From positions 3,303,283 through 3,367,282 of the forward strand of contig OY759675.1 of NCBI GenBank assembly GCA_963662515.1: 64,000 nt of DNA, in the 5' to 3' direction. Within the stretch, counting starts at the first letter, position 1. The number at the start of each line of letters is the position of its first letter. The DNA is from Sedimentisphaerales bacterium (GTDB lineage: Bacteria; Planctomycetota; Phycisphaerae; Sedimentisphaerales; SM23-30). Position numbers and translations under genes: made by a program. Shown piece by piece: positions 28,337-37,680 of this stretch. Under the pieces are notes generated by a model, which worked only from the letters and a program-made list of their open reading frames with translations, had not been told where the DNA came from and did no database searches.

Positions 28337-29732
28337 GCCCAGTTCCTCCGGCAGAAATTAATATGGCAAATATCATAAAGACCAGTACCAGACACTTCAT
28401 AACAAATGGTGTCTTACTGGCAATTTCTTCCAGCGAAGAGTTTCTGGCCAGCCAGTGAACCAACAAAATACAAAACATCAGGAAATACACAATTATCCCG
28501 CTACCGCCTGGCATTGGCCCCAGACCATTACCACCGGCCATAGCCACTACTTGGGTTAAAGCCATCTCCATGTCTGTAGCCCGGAAAAACACCCAGGCGA
28601 AACAGACACAGATAAAGGTCAGCAGAGCCAGAGCAAATTGCACCGGAATTTTTCGCCACACTGGATTATCTGACCACTTAAATTGCTTTACAAGTCGCTC
28701 TGCTATCAAAAAACAGCCGTGCAGGCCGCCCCAGACAACAAATAGCCACGAAGCTCCATGCCACAGGCCGCCCAGAAGCATGGTCAGCATGAGATTTACA
28801 TAAGTACGACAACTACCCCGGCGATTACCACCCAGCGATATATACAAATAATCCCTGAGCCAGGTTGACAGGCTGATATGCCAGCGATTCCAGAAATCAG
28901 AAAAACCAACCGCAGCATAAGGAAACCGAAAATTATCTGGCAAGGCAAAACCCAGACATAAGGCCACTCCAATGGCACAGGTTGAATATCCGGAAAAATC
29001 ACAAAATATCTGACCGGCAAATGCCAATACGCCAGCCCACGCCTCCAGCTGGCCAGGTTTTGAGATTTCATTGAATACCTTATCGCAAACCGGAGAAAAG
29101 AATATATCGGCCAGTACCATCTTACTGAACAGACCAACAACCAACAGAATAAGCCCCCAGCCTAATTGGTCAGAGCCAGCATTCTTATGACTGGTACATT
29201 GCGGCAGGAAATCAGTTGCCCTGACGATCGGACCGGCAACTAACTGCGGGAAAAATGTTACATACAAAGCGTAATCAATAAAACTATGCCATTGCTTTGT
29301 CTTGCCGGCATAGACATCAATAGTATAGGACATTGTCTGAAAAGTATAAAAGGATATACCAACCGGCAAGATAATATTCATCGCTGCTGGCTGCCAGACA
29401 AAACCAAAGCTATTAACCAGAACCGTAAAATTATCCAGAATAAAATTACCATACTTAAAATAGAACAACATCCCCAGATTGACCAACATGCTCAGGCTAA
29501 GTAAGAGTTTTCTGACATTCTTATTCCCGGACCGCGTGATACCACCGGCAACGAACCAATCAACCAGCGTAGAAATAATCAGTAGCAGAACAAAAGGAGG
29601 ATTCCAGGCGGCATAGAAAAGATAACTGCCAATTAATAGAAATATTCTGCGAACCTGCCAGCTACCAGACCATCGGCAAGCCAGCAGGACAACCAGCATG
29701 AAAATAATAAATGAATAGGAGTTAAATAACAT
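28311..29732 (-). CDS. MBOAT O-acyltransferase (AlgI/PatA-like)
   Basis: LPVGISFYTFQTMSY, FFPQLVAGPIVRA, RWHISLSTWLRDYLY, GLWHGA, FIYFQF. Confidence 0.95.
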   Translation of the reverse strand: MLFNSYSFIIFMLVVLLACRWSGSWQVRRIFLLIGSYLFYAAWNPPFVLLLIISTLVDWFVAGGITRSGNKNVRKLLLSLSMLVNLGMLFYFKYGNFILDNFTVLVNSFGFVWQPAAMNIILPVGISFYTFQTMSYTIDVYAGKTKQWHSFIDYALYVTFFPQLVAGPIVRATDFLPQCTSHKNAGSDQLGWGLILLVVGLFSKMVLADIFFSPVCDKVFNEISKPGQLEAWAGVLAFAGQIFCDFSGYSTCAIGVALCLGFALPDNFRFPYAAVGFSDFWNRWHISLSTWLRDYLYISLGGNRRGSCRTYVNLMLTMLLGGLWHGASWLFVVWGGLHGCFLIAERLVKQFKWSDNPVWRKIPVQFALALLTFICVCFAWVFFRATDMEMALTQVVAMAGGNGLGPMPGGSGIIVYFLMFCILLVHWLARNSSLEEIASKTPFVMKCLVLVFMIFAILISAGGTGRAFIYFQF

Positions 29733-29758
29733 AAATATCAGACACTCTCGTTAATCTA

Positions 29759-29810
29759 CCATAGGATATGATTTTATCCCGATAAGCATCGGGACTCGCT
29801 TCGATGTAGG
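29759..29810. repeat. Dispersed 52-bp repeat, copy 1 (copy 2 at 37449-37500), containing a tcccgat-N4-atcggga palindrome
   Basis: Manual ungapped alignment 41/52 identical. Confidence 0.65.
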
Positions 29811-29829
29811 AGTACAAACTTTAGGGCGC

Positions 29830-29946
29830 GTTGCCCAATAGAAAAATAGATTAAATTGTATGACAATAGTTCTGGTTAGTAATTGTTAAATTTACTTCAA
29901 CTGCAACAAATAGCCAGGCAAGATGCCTGACCTGCTATTGGGCAAC
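29830..29946. repeat. MITE-like element with 12-bp terminal inverted repeats, containing a degenerate GTAG-type REP (29911-29935)
   Basis: gttgcccaatag / ctattgggcaac; minus strand GCAG-GTCAGGCA-TCT-TGCCTGGC. Confidence 0.5.
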
Positions 29947-29992
29947 ACACCTTGAAAGCCTGAACTCCTTTGTCACAGCCTACAGGACAATC

Positions 29993-30829
29993 TCATTTGC
30001 GAACGGTATAATCTACTTTATCGTGAAGTAACTGAGCATATTTAATATCAATCATATATTCGTAAATTACCCGCAATCGTACATATCTCAGCCCAGCAAC
30101 ACCATCAAGAAAGGCCAAACGGAAAAACATCAAGTAACAGTACATCACCAACGGCCGCAAGGGTAGTTTATAAGCAATCTGCTTTACTTTGGTTATATAC
30201 CCGATACTTTTATCAAATATTATATCGCTCCACGACCTGCATACAGCATTAATTCTCTCAGCGGCCTCAAAACTACTATAATTATTATGCCTGGCAAACC
30301 AGTGATCCAGCCCATGACTGAAAGGATGATGAATAATATGACCATTGAGCCTCCCAATTGCCCCTTCCGGTTTAGCAACAGGGTTTACCAGCCTCTCATA
30401 ACGCATTTTATCCTTACGAAATAATCTCGTAAGCCATACCGGATATAACTGCGCATGCTTGAGCCAACGCCCCATAAAGTAATCCTTTCTCCGAATCTCG
30501 TAACCAACCAGCTTCTGGTTCGATCCGTCAAATTGCATTAGTTCCATTAGTAATTGTTCGTCACATCGCTCATCGGCATCGATATAAAAGACCCATTCAT
30601 GCTTGAAATCAATATTTGCCAAAGCCCAGTTCTGGTGAGCGGCCCAGTTATCAAACTTTCTCTGCACAATCCTGACCCCGGCAGTCTGAGCCAAAGTAGT
30701 AGTGCTGTCATTACTGAAGGAATCCAGCACAACTATATCATCTGACCAGTTAACAGACTTTATACAATCTGTAATATTGATCTCCTCATTAAGAGTAAGA
30801 ATAAGAACTGAAATTTTTGGTTTTTTCAT
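29993..30829 (-). CDS. GT2 glycosyltransferase (KdtX/WaaE-like)
   Basis: ISVLILTLNEE, VLDSFSND, YIDADE. Confidence 0.9.
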   Translation of the reverse strand: MKKPKISVLILTLNEEINITDCIKSVNWSDDIVVLDSFSNDSTTTLAQTAGVRIVQRKFDNWAAHQNWALANIDFKHEWVFYIDADERCDEQLLMELMQFDGSNQKLVGYEIRRKDYFMGRWLKHAQLYPVWLTRLFRKDKMRYERLVNPVAKPEGAIGRLNGHIIHHPFSHGLDHWFARHNNYSSFEAAERINAVCRSWSDIIFDKSIGYITKVKQIAYKLPLRPLVMYCYLMFFRLAFLDGVAGLRYVRLRVIYEYMIDIKYAQLLHDKVDYTVRK

Positions 30830-31971
30830 ATACCAGGTATTCTATTATAAACATCTGCCATTTGCTCACCCAACACCGGCCAGGTATAGCCAGACTGGAT
30901 CAATTCTCTACCTCGCCTGCCCATCCCGGCCAAAATATCAGATGGCATATTCACGACTTCAGCCAGTACGGTTTCCAGATCATTTCCAGCCAGATCAACC
31001 CACCAGCCACAATTTCTTTCTTTAATCTCCTGCCAGGGCGTACCAGTGGTAGTCAGCACCGCCGTTTCGGCTGCCAGAGCTTCGGCTATCGCAATGCCAA
31101 AATTTTCACTGGCAGTTGGCAATACAAAAACCTCAGCCGCCGCCAGCAAATCAGCCTTAACCTGTCCATAAACCCCGCCGACAAAAACGACCCGCCCAGC
31201 AGCAATATCATCCTGAGCAGTCTGCTGCAACGCATTAACATAATCAGCCTGACCATCACCAGCAATTACCAGTATCCAGTTATTTGCAAGCCCTGCATTT
31301 CGTTGCCAGAAATTCAGCAGACGATCGAGACCTTTTTTATAATGCAGACGAGAAATAAACAGCATTATCCGCCGCCCGGCGAGCTGGGGGTATTTTTGCA
31401 ATATATTACTTTGAGCGGTTATTTTATCGACTATCTCTGGCATCTCCACGCCATTAGCAACAACCTCGACCGGCATGGTCATACCGGGCAGTTTTCGCAG
31501 ATTATCGGCTTCCATCTGTGCCGTGGCATGAACAAAAGCGGCATCATTGAGTATTCGCCGCTGGTAACCTCGCCAGGCAAGCTGCTTTTTAATTCGCCCC
31601 TGAGCCAGAGACCATGGTTCAAGCATTCCCCGAGGGCTGACAATATATGGCTTACCGCATTTTTTCGCCGCCTTCGCCGCCAGCAGAAGTTTTATATCCC
31701 AGCAGCCATGTAAATGCAGAAAGTCATAGTCAATCGCCAGTTTTCGCAATACAGCACACCAATTCCGCAAGCTAAATATTCCATTAACCGGCTGATCAAT
31801 AATCTTCACCCCTGCAACCAGAGCAACCTCACAGCCATGTGGGTATGCGGTAAAAATGTCAGCCACTATTCCCGCCTGCTGCAAGGCATTAACCAGATTC
31901 GGCACCGAATACGCCGGGCCGCCACTGCGAGCATCCAGCGTGGCAACAACATGTAAAACCTTCAAAGCCAC
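30826..31971 (-). CDS. GT4 glycosyltransferase
   Basis: SPRGMLEPWSL, SRLHYKKGLD, SENFGIAIAEALA. Confidence 0.9.
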   Translation of the reverse strand: MALKVLHVVATLDARSGGPAYSVPNLVNALQQAGIVADIFTAYPHGCEVALVAGVKIIDQPVNGIFSLRNWCAVLRKLAIDYDFLHLHGCWDIKLLLAAKAAKKCGKPYIVSPRGMLEPWSLAQGRIKKQLAWRGYQRRILNDAAFVHATAQMEADNLRKLPGMTMPVEVVANGVEMPEIVDKITAQSNILQKYPQLAGRRIMLFISRLHYKKGLDRLLNFWQRNAGLANNWILVIAGDGQADYVNALQQTAQDDIAAGRVVFVGGVYGQVKADLLAAAEVFVLPTASENFGIAIAEALAAETAVLTTTGTPWQEIKERNCGWWVDLAGNDLETVLAEVVNMPSDILAGMGRRGRELIQSGYTWPVLGEQMADVYNRIPGI

Positions 31972-32188
31972 AAAATCAAACTCTCTCTATTAACCCTAAC
32001 TTTGGATAAGAATTATGGTAAGCGTTCACAGCTTGCAACCATTCACACTGTTACAGCAATAAGAAATAAGCTCAGGTGTTGCTACGTAACCTGGATTTAA
32101 GGCGGTGCAATGGTGAGTATCGTACAAATTGAAATATCCTGCTGCTGCGGAGCTTTAAACCAGTCATCTACCTCAAGGCCGATGCGAG

Positions 32189-32227
32189 AGCCCCGCTGCG
32201 AGTTCTGGATTTCGGATTACCTCAACT
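32189..32227 (-). repeat. Dispersed 39-bp repeat (other copy at 53876-53914, + strand)
   Basis: 34/39 identical by manual alignment. Confidence 0.75.
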
Positions 32228-32269
32228 TATTACTTGTTACTTGCTACTGTAACCGTGTGAAAGATTACA

Positions 32270-33283
32270 TTATAAATAATAATTATGATTACAGACACCA
32301 CAGACAGCATGTTTTATTCTACAACCACTCAAGTGCATTTGCCGCAAACAACTGAGCTTTTCACCTCTCCATATATCAATAAGTTTTTCCCGAGAGACAT
32401 CACCAACTATCAAACCCCTTTCATCTGCATCATCACAACAAGGAGCCACACGGCCATCACAATATATAATCAGAAATCGCCATAAAGCTAAGCATGGCAA
32501 CTGCGATTTACCAGCCTTGTGCAACCTGCCAACCGAACCAAGTACATCCGAACCCCAACCACCAACCCTCTCCCATAAATCTCCGATAGTAAAAGATGTA
32601 ACTTGTCGCTGCGATTTCCAAAATCGCAAAAATTCGTCAACCTCGTCCTTATTAGCATTAATCCGTACTAATGAAACCCCTACATCAAGATCTTCTCTCT
32701 TATATTTATCTTTTAACGCTAAAAAACGCAGGACATTGTCATAAGTTCTGTCACGACAATCCATTCCCGTAACCTTACGATAGGTTTCAGAGGAAAAAGC
32801 ATTAAGTGAAAAATTTATTCGCATCAATCCTCCCAACTCAAAAAGCATAACAGCTTTTTCCTCATCCAGCAACGATCCATTAGTGTAAAAAGAATAAGCC
32901 ATCCCTTTTTCTCTGAGATAACTAATCCTTTCAAATAATAATTTATCGGCCAAAGGCTCACCATATACACTTAGACCGACAGCTTTAATCCCAAGCAAGA
33001 AACATTCATCAATTATCTTGCAGAACAAATCCATTTGCATCTGACCTGTCATTTTTTCATAACCATGCCGACACATAACACAACGGGCATTACAAGCCAG
33101 AGTAGTTTCTATATAAACCTGAGGTATAGATATAGCTATTTCTCGTTGCAGCTTCCTGCATTTGCCCATCACATAACCGGCTAGTAACGGATTAGAAGAA
33201 ACTATTTTCCAGGACAAAATCGTCTTGGCAAAATCCGCTAATATCGGGCTACCCAAAATAACTCTGGCTAAATTCAATATCAC
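32270..33283 (-). CDS. Radical SAM protein with SPASM/Twitch domain
   Basis: CNARCVMC, YGEPL, TNG; C-terminal CLALW..DGRVAPCC..CGVC; start re-called at GTG 33283 because the upstream codons are a wcaF remnant. Confidence 0.85.
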   Translation of the reverse strand: MILNLARVILGSPILADFAKTILSWKIVSSNPLLAGYVMGKCRKLQREIAISIPQVYIETTLACNARCVMCRHGYEKMTGQMQMDLFCKIIDECFLLGIKAVGLSVYGEPLADKLLFERISYLREKGMAYSFYTNGSLLDEEKAVMLFELGGLMRINFSLNAFSSETYRKVTGMDCRDRTYDNVLRFLALKDKYKREDLDVGVSLVRINANKDEVDEFLRFWKSQRQVTSFTIGDLWERVGGWGSDVLGSVGRLHKAGKSQLPCLALWRFLIIYCDGRVAPCCDDADERGLIVGDVSREKLIDIWRGEKLSCLRQMHLSGCRIKHAVCGVCNHNYYL

Positions 33284-33299
33284 ACCTTCTTCTACATCT

Positions 33300-33387
33300 G
33301 GCTTAACCTTGTATTTGTCGTCCGTCAAGGATACCCGCCACAAATCATATAGGCAGGCATATATTCTGATACCGAAGAACAACAACC
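33300..33387 (-). pseudogene. Degenerate duplicate of the 3' end of the wcaF-like gene
   Basis: 73/88 nt identical to 34341-34428; reads MPAYMICGGYP*RTTNTRLS vs MPADMVCGGYPCRTINTRLS. Confidence 0.85.
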
Positions 33388-33471
33388 TACGACCGGATTA
33401 AGACTCCCGGATTTTTTACTCTATCTACCAAAATACCTAATTACATATGAACACTTACAACAAGTTCACCA

Positions 33472-34125
33472 TCAACACCTTCTGGCTGTCACGATCATAC
33501 CTTTCCATAAATACGGTATTCGCCCCACACCAGTAAAACTCTCTACACAAAACCCATTTTCATTTAACAAGATGGAAATGGACTTAAAACTCCAGAACTT
33601 AATGTGACCACCATCCCATAGCGGGTTATGATGCCTGTCCCAACCATTAGCAACTGATAAGGCCAGATTTTTCAAATAACCATGATAAGGAGTAGTAACG
33701 ATTAAGTTACCATTTTCCCGAAGAACCTTTTTAGCAAATAAACAAAGAAGTCGGGGAGAATACAGATGCTCAATAACATCACAGCTTACAACCGTATCAA
33801 ACTGACCCTCAGTTTCTATAAGTTCCCGGGGATCATCCTGCACACCGTATTTATAAAAACTTATATCATGCGATCCTCTTTGGGCTAATTCAATAGCATT
33901 ATTATCATAATCAACACCAACAATATCATAACCAGCCCCTTTAATGCGACGACAATAAGCCCCATTTCCACAACCTATATCAAGAACTCTTTTTGAATTA
34001 TTTATTTTAAGACAGGAAAGCAATGAATCAATAGTATAAGAAAGCGAATGCGGCTCATCCAAAGAATTCCAACCGTAATCACTAACCTGATCTACTACAT
34101 TCTCTTTCACTTCTATTCCATTCAT
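33472..34125 (-). CDS. Class I SAM methyltransferase (UbiG-like, glycan-cluster type)
   Basis: VLDIGCGNG, DVIEHLYSP, TTPYHGYLKNL, GGHIKFWS. Confidence 0.9.
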   Translation of the reverse strand: MNGIEVKENVVDQVSDYGWNSLDEPHSLSYTIDSLLSCLKINNSKRVLDIGCGNGAYCRRIKGAGYDIVGVDYDNNAIELAQRGSHDISFYKYGVQDDPRELIETEGQFDTVVSCDVIEHLYSPRLLCLFAKKVLRENGNLIVTTPYHGYLKNLALSVANGWDRHHNPLWDGGHIKFWSFKSISILLNENGFCVESFTGVGRIPYLWKGMIVTARRC

Positions 34126-34329
34126 AATGTATTCCTGATTAAAATTTAGTTTGGCCTAGAACATACCAAGGATAATGCACAAAATAATATTCACCAGACC
34201 ACGCAGTGGTCACGAAACAATATACTCATCCGATTACTACAAATTTGCTTCGGAACATAATCAGCTGATCAAGTTTTGCCATTATTTCGACACCGTCTTT
34301 TATTCCCGAAACCGTATCTGGTAAGATTT

Positions 34330-34929
34330 TTAGCATAACCGGCTTAACCTTGTATTTATCGTCCGGCAGGGATAACCACCGCAAACCATATCGGCAGGCA
34401 TATCTTTCAATACCGTAGAGCGACAACCGATAACAGTATTAGTGCCTATCGTCACTCCCGGAGCAACAAAAACATCCGCCGCCAGCCAACAGTTATCACC
34501 GATAATGATCGGGGCGGTAACCAGCGGCATATTAACCTGCTGATGGTCATGCGTACCCGTACATAAAAAAGACTTCATCGACACAGTTACAAATCGTCCC
34601 AGCGTAATATTATTCAGCGAATAGAGCCAGACCCCGCGATCAATACTTGAATAATCACCAACAGTCAGCTTCCAGGGAAATTCGATACGAACCGAAGGCT
34701 CAACCCGCACACTTTTACCAATTTTCGCACCAAAACATCGCAATAAAAAATTACGCCAGCAAAACAATAAGCGAGGAGATGGTCGAAATAGAATAGTCCA
34801 GCAAAATATCCAGAGATATCGCAACAGATAATGCCATAGTGTATAAGGCCGCCTACGCCGTTCACTCCTGCCTTTGCTTTCTTCAGTATTGTTTTTCATG
34901 TTTTTTATACGCAAGATTTCAATAATCAT
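34330..34929 (-). CDS. wcaF: WcaF-like hexapeptide-repeat acetyltransferase
   Basis: LFRPSP..LLRCFGAKIG..FPWKL..LCTGTHD; start may be 34899. Confidence 0.85.
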   Translation of the reverse strand: MIIEILRIKNMKNNTEESKGRSERRRRPYTLWHYLLRYLWIFCWTILFRPSPRLLFCWRNFLLRCFGAKIGKSVRVEPSVRIEFPWKLTVGDYSSIDRGVWLYSLNNITLGRFVTVSMKSFLCTGTHDHQQVNMPLVTAPIIIGDNCWLAADVFVAPGVTIGTNTVIGCRSTVLKDMPADMVCGGYPCRTINTRLSRLC

Positions 34930-34948
34930 AAACTACAAATAATGCAGT

Positions 34949-36373
34949 TTACTTACAACGCCTGGCAATTCGGTACAACAATCTTACCGGCCATGCCGGC
35001 CAATAATTAAACCACAGTACATCCAGTGTCTTTTCCGGAATAAATCTCAACCAGACAGGCAGAGCATATAAACGGCGATATAGCTGATAGAATGGATGAA
35101 AATTATTACTAGCCTGCTGAATCTGTTTCGCCGAAATAGTTGGGAGATTTAAGGCAGATTCACCTTCCAAATAACTTGCCACTTGCTTATCCTGTAAATA
35201 ATTATTTTCCTTACAGACATCATAGAGCTTAGTTGCCAGAAACGGATAGAATATAGCAACCTGTACACTTTCAGCTCCAACCTTAGCACTTAACTTCACC
35301 GTCTGTAAGGTATTGGCAAGTTTTTCCTGAGGAATACCAATCATTGTAAAGGTATGAATGGAAATACCATATTTATGACAGAGCTTCGCCTTAGTTTCAA
35401 TCATTGCATCACTCTGGCGACGATTAAGAACATCCCTGCGTAGTTCCTCATCACCGGTTTCTATTCCCATCTGAATACGATGACAACCAGACAATTTCAA
35501 TCGCGCAAGTACTTCTTCATCAAGCAGCTCGAATCGACAATTGCAACTATATGGCAGTCCAATTTCCCGGATATATGCTTCCGAAAATTCAATAAACCAC
35601 TTTTTATTAATTATCAGCAAATCATCATAAAAATTGATATTCGAAATTTCTACACCCAACATTTTACAGCGAACAATCTCAGCTTTGATCTCATCGATAA
35701 GACGATCAACTTTTTTGTATCGAATATAATCCTTACGATTAGGAAAAACATTTTTCAAGGCGTGATTACTGCAGAAGCTACAGTTAAATGGACAACCCCT
35801 CGTAGCCATTACCGGCATAGTATTCTGGCGATAGTTTACTAATCTGGAAATATCAAATATTGTGCGGTCAGGTATAGGGCAAGCAGTATTATCGCTGACA
35901 ATCGCTCTAACCGGATTCTTAATAATATTACCTTCATTATAGAACCAGAATCCTTCGATTTCAGTATGATTACCTCCACTACTTAGCATCTGCACCAATT
36001 CCAGCAAACTTTGTTCTCCATCACCTCTACATAATGCATCAAAACTCCCCCCGGCTATAACATTATCCGGGCAAAGCGTCGCTACCGGCCCGCCACAAAC
36101 AGTATAGACATTGTATTCTTTTTTAAGCTCATGAAAGAAATCCTGATAGAAAGCCAAAGTCATCTGATTAACCGAACAGGCAACGATATCACTGTCTGAA
36201 TATTCTTTTTTATAACAATCAAGCAATTCTGACGATTGGGCATTCTCAGTAATATGCATGAGACTTACCTCATGTCCAGCCTGCTTTATTACAGTCGAAA
36301 GCAAAGCAATACCTTCATGATATTTCCCCAGCGGGCTATCATTAATGTCGTAATATATAAATAGAATATTCAT
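34949..36373 (-). CDS. B12-binding (class B) radical SAM enzyme
   Basis: N-terminal cobalamin-binding domain (VCGGPVAT, RGDGE), PDR, RGCPFNCSFC, GIETG; start re-called at MNILFIYY. Confidence 0.9.
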   Translation of the reverse strand: MNILFIYYDINDSPLGKYHEGIALLSTVIKQAGHEVSLMHITENAQSSELLDCYKKEYSDSDIVACSVNQMTLAFYQDFFHELKKEYNVYTVCGGPVATLCPDNVIAGGSFDALCRGDGEQSLLELVQMLSSGGNHTEIEGFWFYNEGNIIKNPVRAIVSDNTACPIPDRTIFDISRLVNYRQNTMPVMATRGCPFNCSFCSNHALKNVFPNRKDYIRYKKVDRLIDEIKAEIVRCKMLGVEISNINFYDDLLIINKKWFIEFSEAYIREIGLPYSCNCRFELLDEEVLARLKLSGCHRIQMGIETGDEELRRDVLNRRQSDAMIETKAKLCHKYGISIHTFTMIGIPQEKLANTLQTVKLSAKVGAESVQVAIFYPFLATKLYDVCKENNYLQDKQVASYLEGESALNLPTISAKQIQQASNNFHPFYQLYRRLYALPVWLRFIPEKTLDVLWFNYWPAWPVRLLYRIARRCK

Positions 36374-36468
36374 CTTAGTAACCTGAAAAAAGTTTGACGC
36401 CAATAACCAGATCCCTAACGTGCAACTTGCTGACTTCTGTATTATCTGCTATATGAGAACTTATATTG

Positions 36469-37431
36469 CTATCCACAATATTTGCTAACAATCTCTTTGT
36501 CTGAAAGTGGTATTTCTTTAAGAATCCCAAGGAAAAACAATCCACTGGCATTATCTGCCACATAAGACTTTTTTACAAAGTAATAATCCAGATATTTAAT
36601 CCAGAAAATAAAATATGGAAGAATATAATTACGAAAGATAAACATAGCTTTACCGCGACTAAATGAGTCAAAAAATCTTGATATACTCCATGCCACAACC
36701 ACACCCGGTCCACACACGCATCCGCTGTCAATTTCCTGAAAATAATTAAACAAGCGACGAATGCCCGTTAGTGTAAATCGGGTAAAATCATATCTGCCCT
36801 CATGCCCCTGCTGCATAAAAGGTATTTCAGCATAGACCATGCCATTTTTCTTCAGTACTCTTGTTATCTCCGCCACACAACGAGCGGGATCAATAACATG
36901 CTCGAGTACCGCCTGAATAATAACGGCATCAAATGTTTTGTCGGCAAACGGAAGGTCGTGGGCATCAAAAATCAAATCGTTTTCCTTACCAAAATACACA
37001 TCACCAGTTATTAGTTTAACGGCAGGATCCTGAGCAATTTCTTCCATACCAAAACCGAGATCGCCTCCCCCGATAACCAGCACTAAACTCTGGCCCTGCC
37101 GGTCTTTCAAGAGTTTTGTCAGATGGGCAAAATTCTTTTTGGCCCTCAGATTCAAAGTAATCTCTGGGATGCAACCTAATATAAATGATCGCAGAACCTT
37201 TTTCATTGCCGACTCTTTAGCTTTTTCATTTACTCTTGTAGTACGATTATGCTTAATATATTCAGAAATAGAAAAAAGGGAATTATCCTCATTTATCATA
37301 ACCGGCACATTATTTACAACTGGATATTCCCTCTGACAATTCTGGCAGAGTAAATTATCATCCCCCCCGGCAAGTAGCATCCTGCACTTCGGACAGACTA
37401 ATTGTACTGAGTGAATCTTGTTTTCATTCAT
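36469..37431 (-). CDS. SAM methyltransferase with N-terminal Trm112-like zinc ribbon
   Basis: LVCPKC..LCQNC..YPVVNNVP; VLVIGGG, DAHDLPF, QAVLEHV. Confidence 0.85.
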   Translation of the reverse strand: MNENKIHSVQLVCPKCRMLLAGGDDNLLCQNCQREYPVVNNVPVMINEDNSLFSISEYIKHNRTTRVNEKAKESAMKKVLRSFILGCIPEITLNLRAKKNFAHLTKLLKDRQGQSLVLVIGGGDLGFGMEEIAQDPAVKLITGDVYFGKENDLIFDAHDLPFADKTFDAVIIQAVLEHVIDPARCVAEITRVLKKNGMVYAEIPFMQQGHEGRYDFTRFTLTGIRRLFNYFQEIDSGCVCGPGVVVAWSISRFFDSFSRGKAMFIFRNYILPYFIFWIKYLDYYFVKKSYVADNASGLFFLGILKEIPLSDKEIVSKYCG

Positions 37432-37680
37432 AAGCTGACACCTTATACCCATAAGGTATGATTTCATTCCGACAAACACCGGGACTCACTTAGATGCAAG
37501 TGATTTAATTACAAGCACTTGCACTACGACCCATAAGACAACCTCATTCATGAACCGTAAACAACAGATGGCAAACACTATACCAAATACAATTCCCGGA
37601 TAAGCATTACCTTTTACCTTACCATCCGATCTGGATATTACCAAAACAGAAAATGTAATTTAAAAAAGATCGCTGAATCC

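Noticed and set aside
30817-31713. 298-aa plus-strand ORF
   Set aside because: Entirely antisense to a clear GT4 gene with no motifs; shadow ORF, as are most short ORFs in the track
31975-32188. Possible riboswitch or ncRNA upstream of the GT4 gene
   Set aside because: No recognisable cobalamin, SAM or c-di-GMP consensus; looks like gene debris; an Rfam scan would settle it
33284-33385. N-terminal extension of the radical SAM ORF, and ORF 34226-34426
   Set aside because: Both are alternative-frame readings of the wcaF tail and its duplicate
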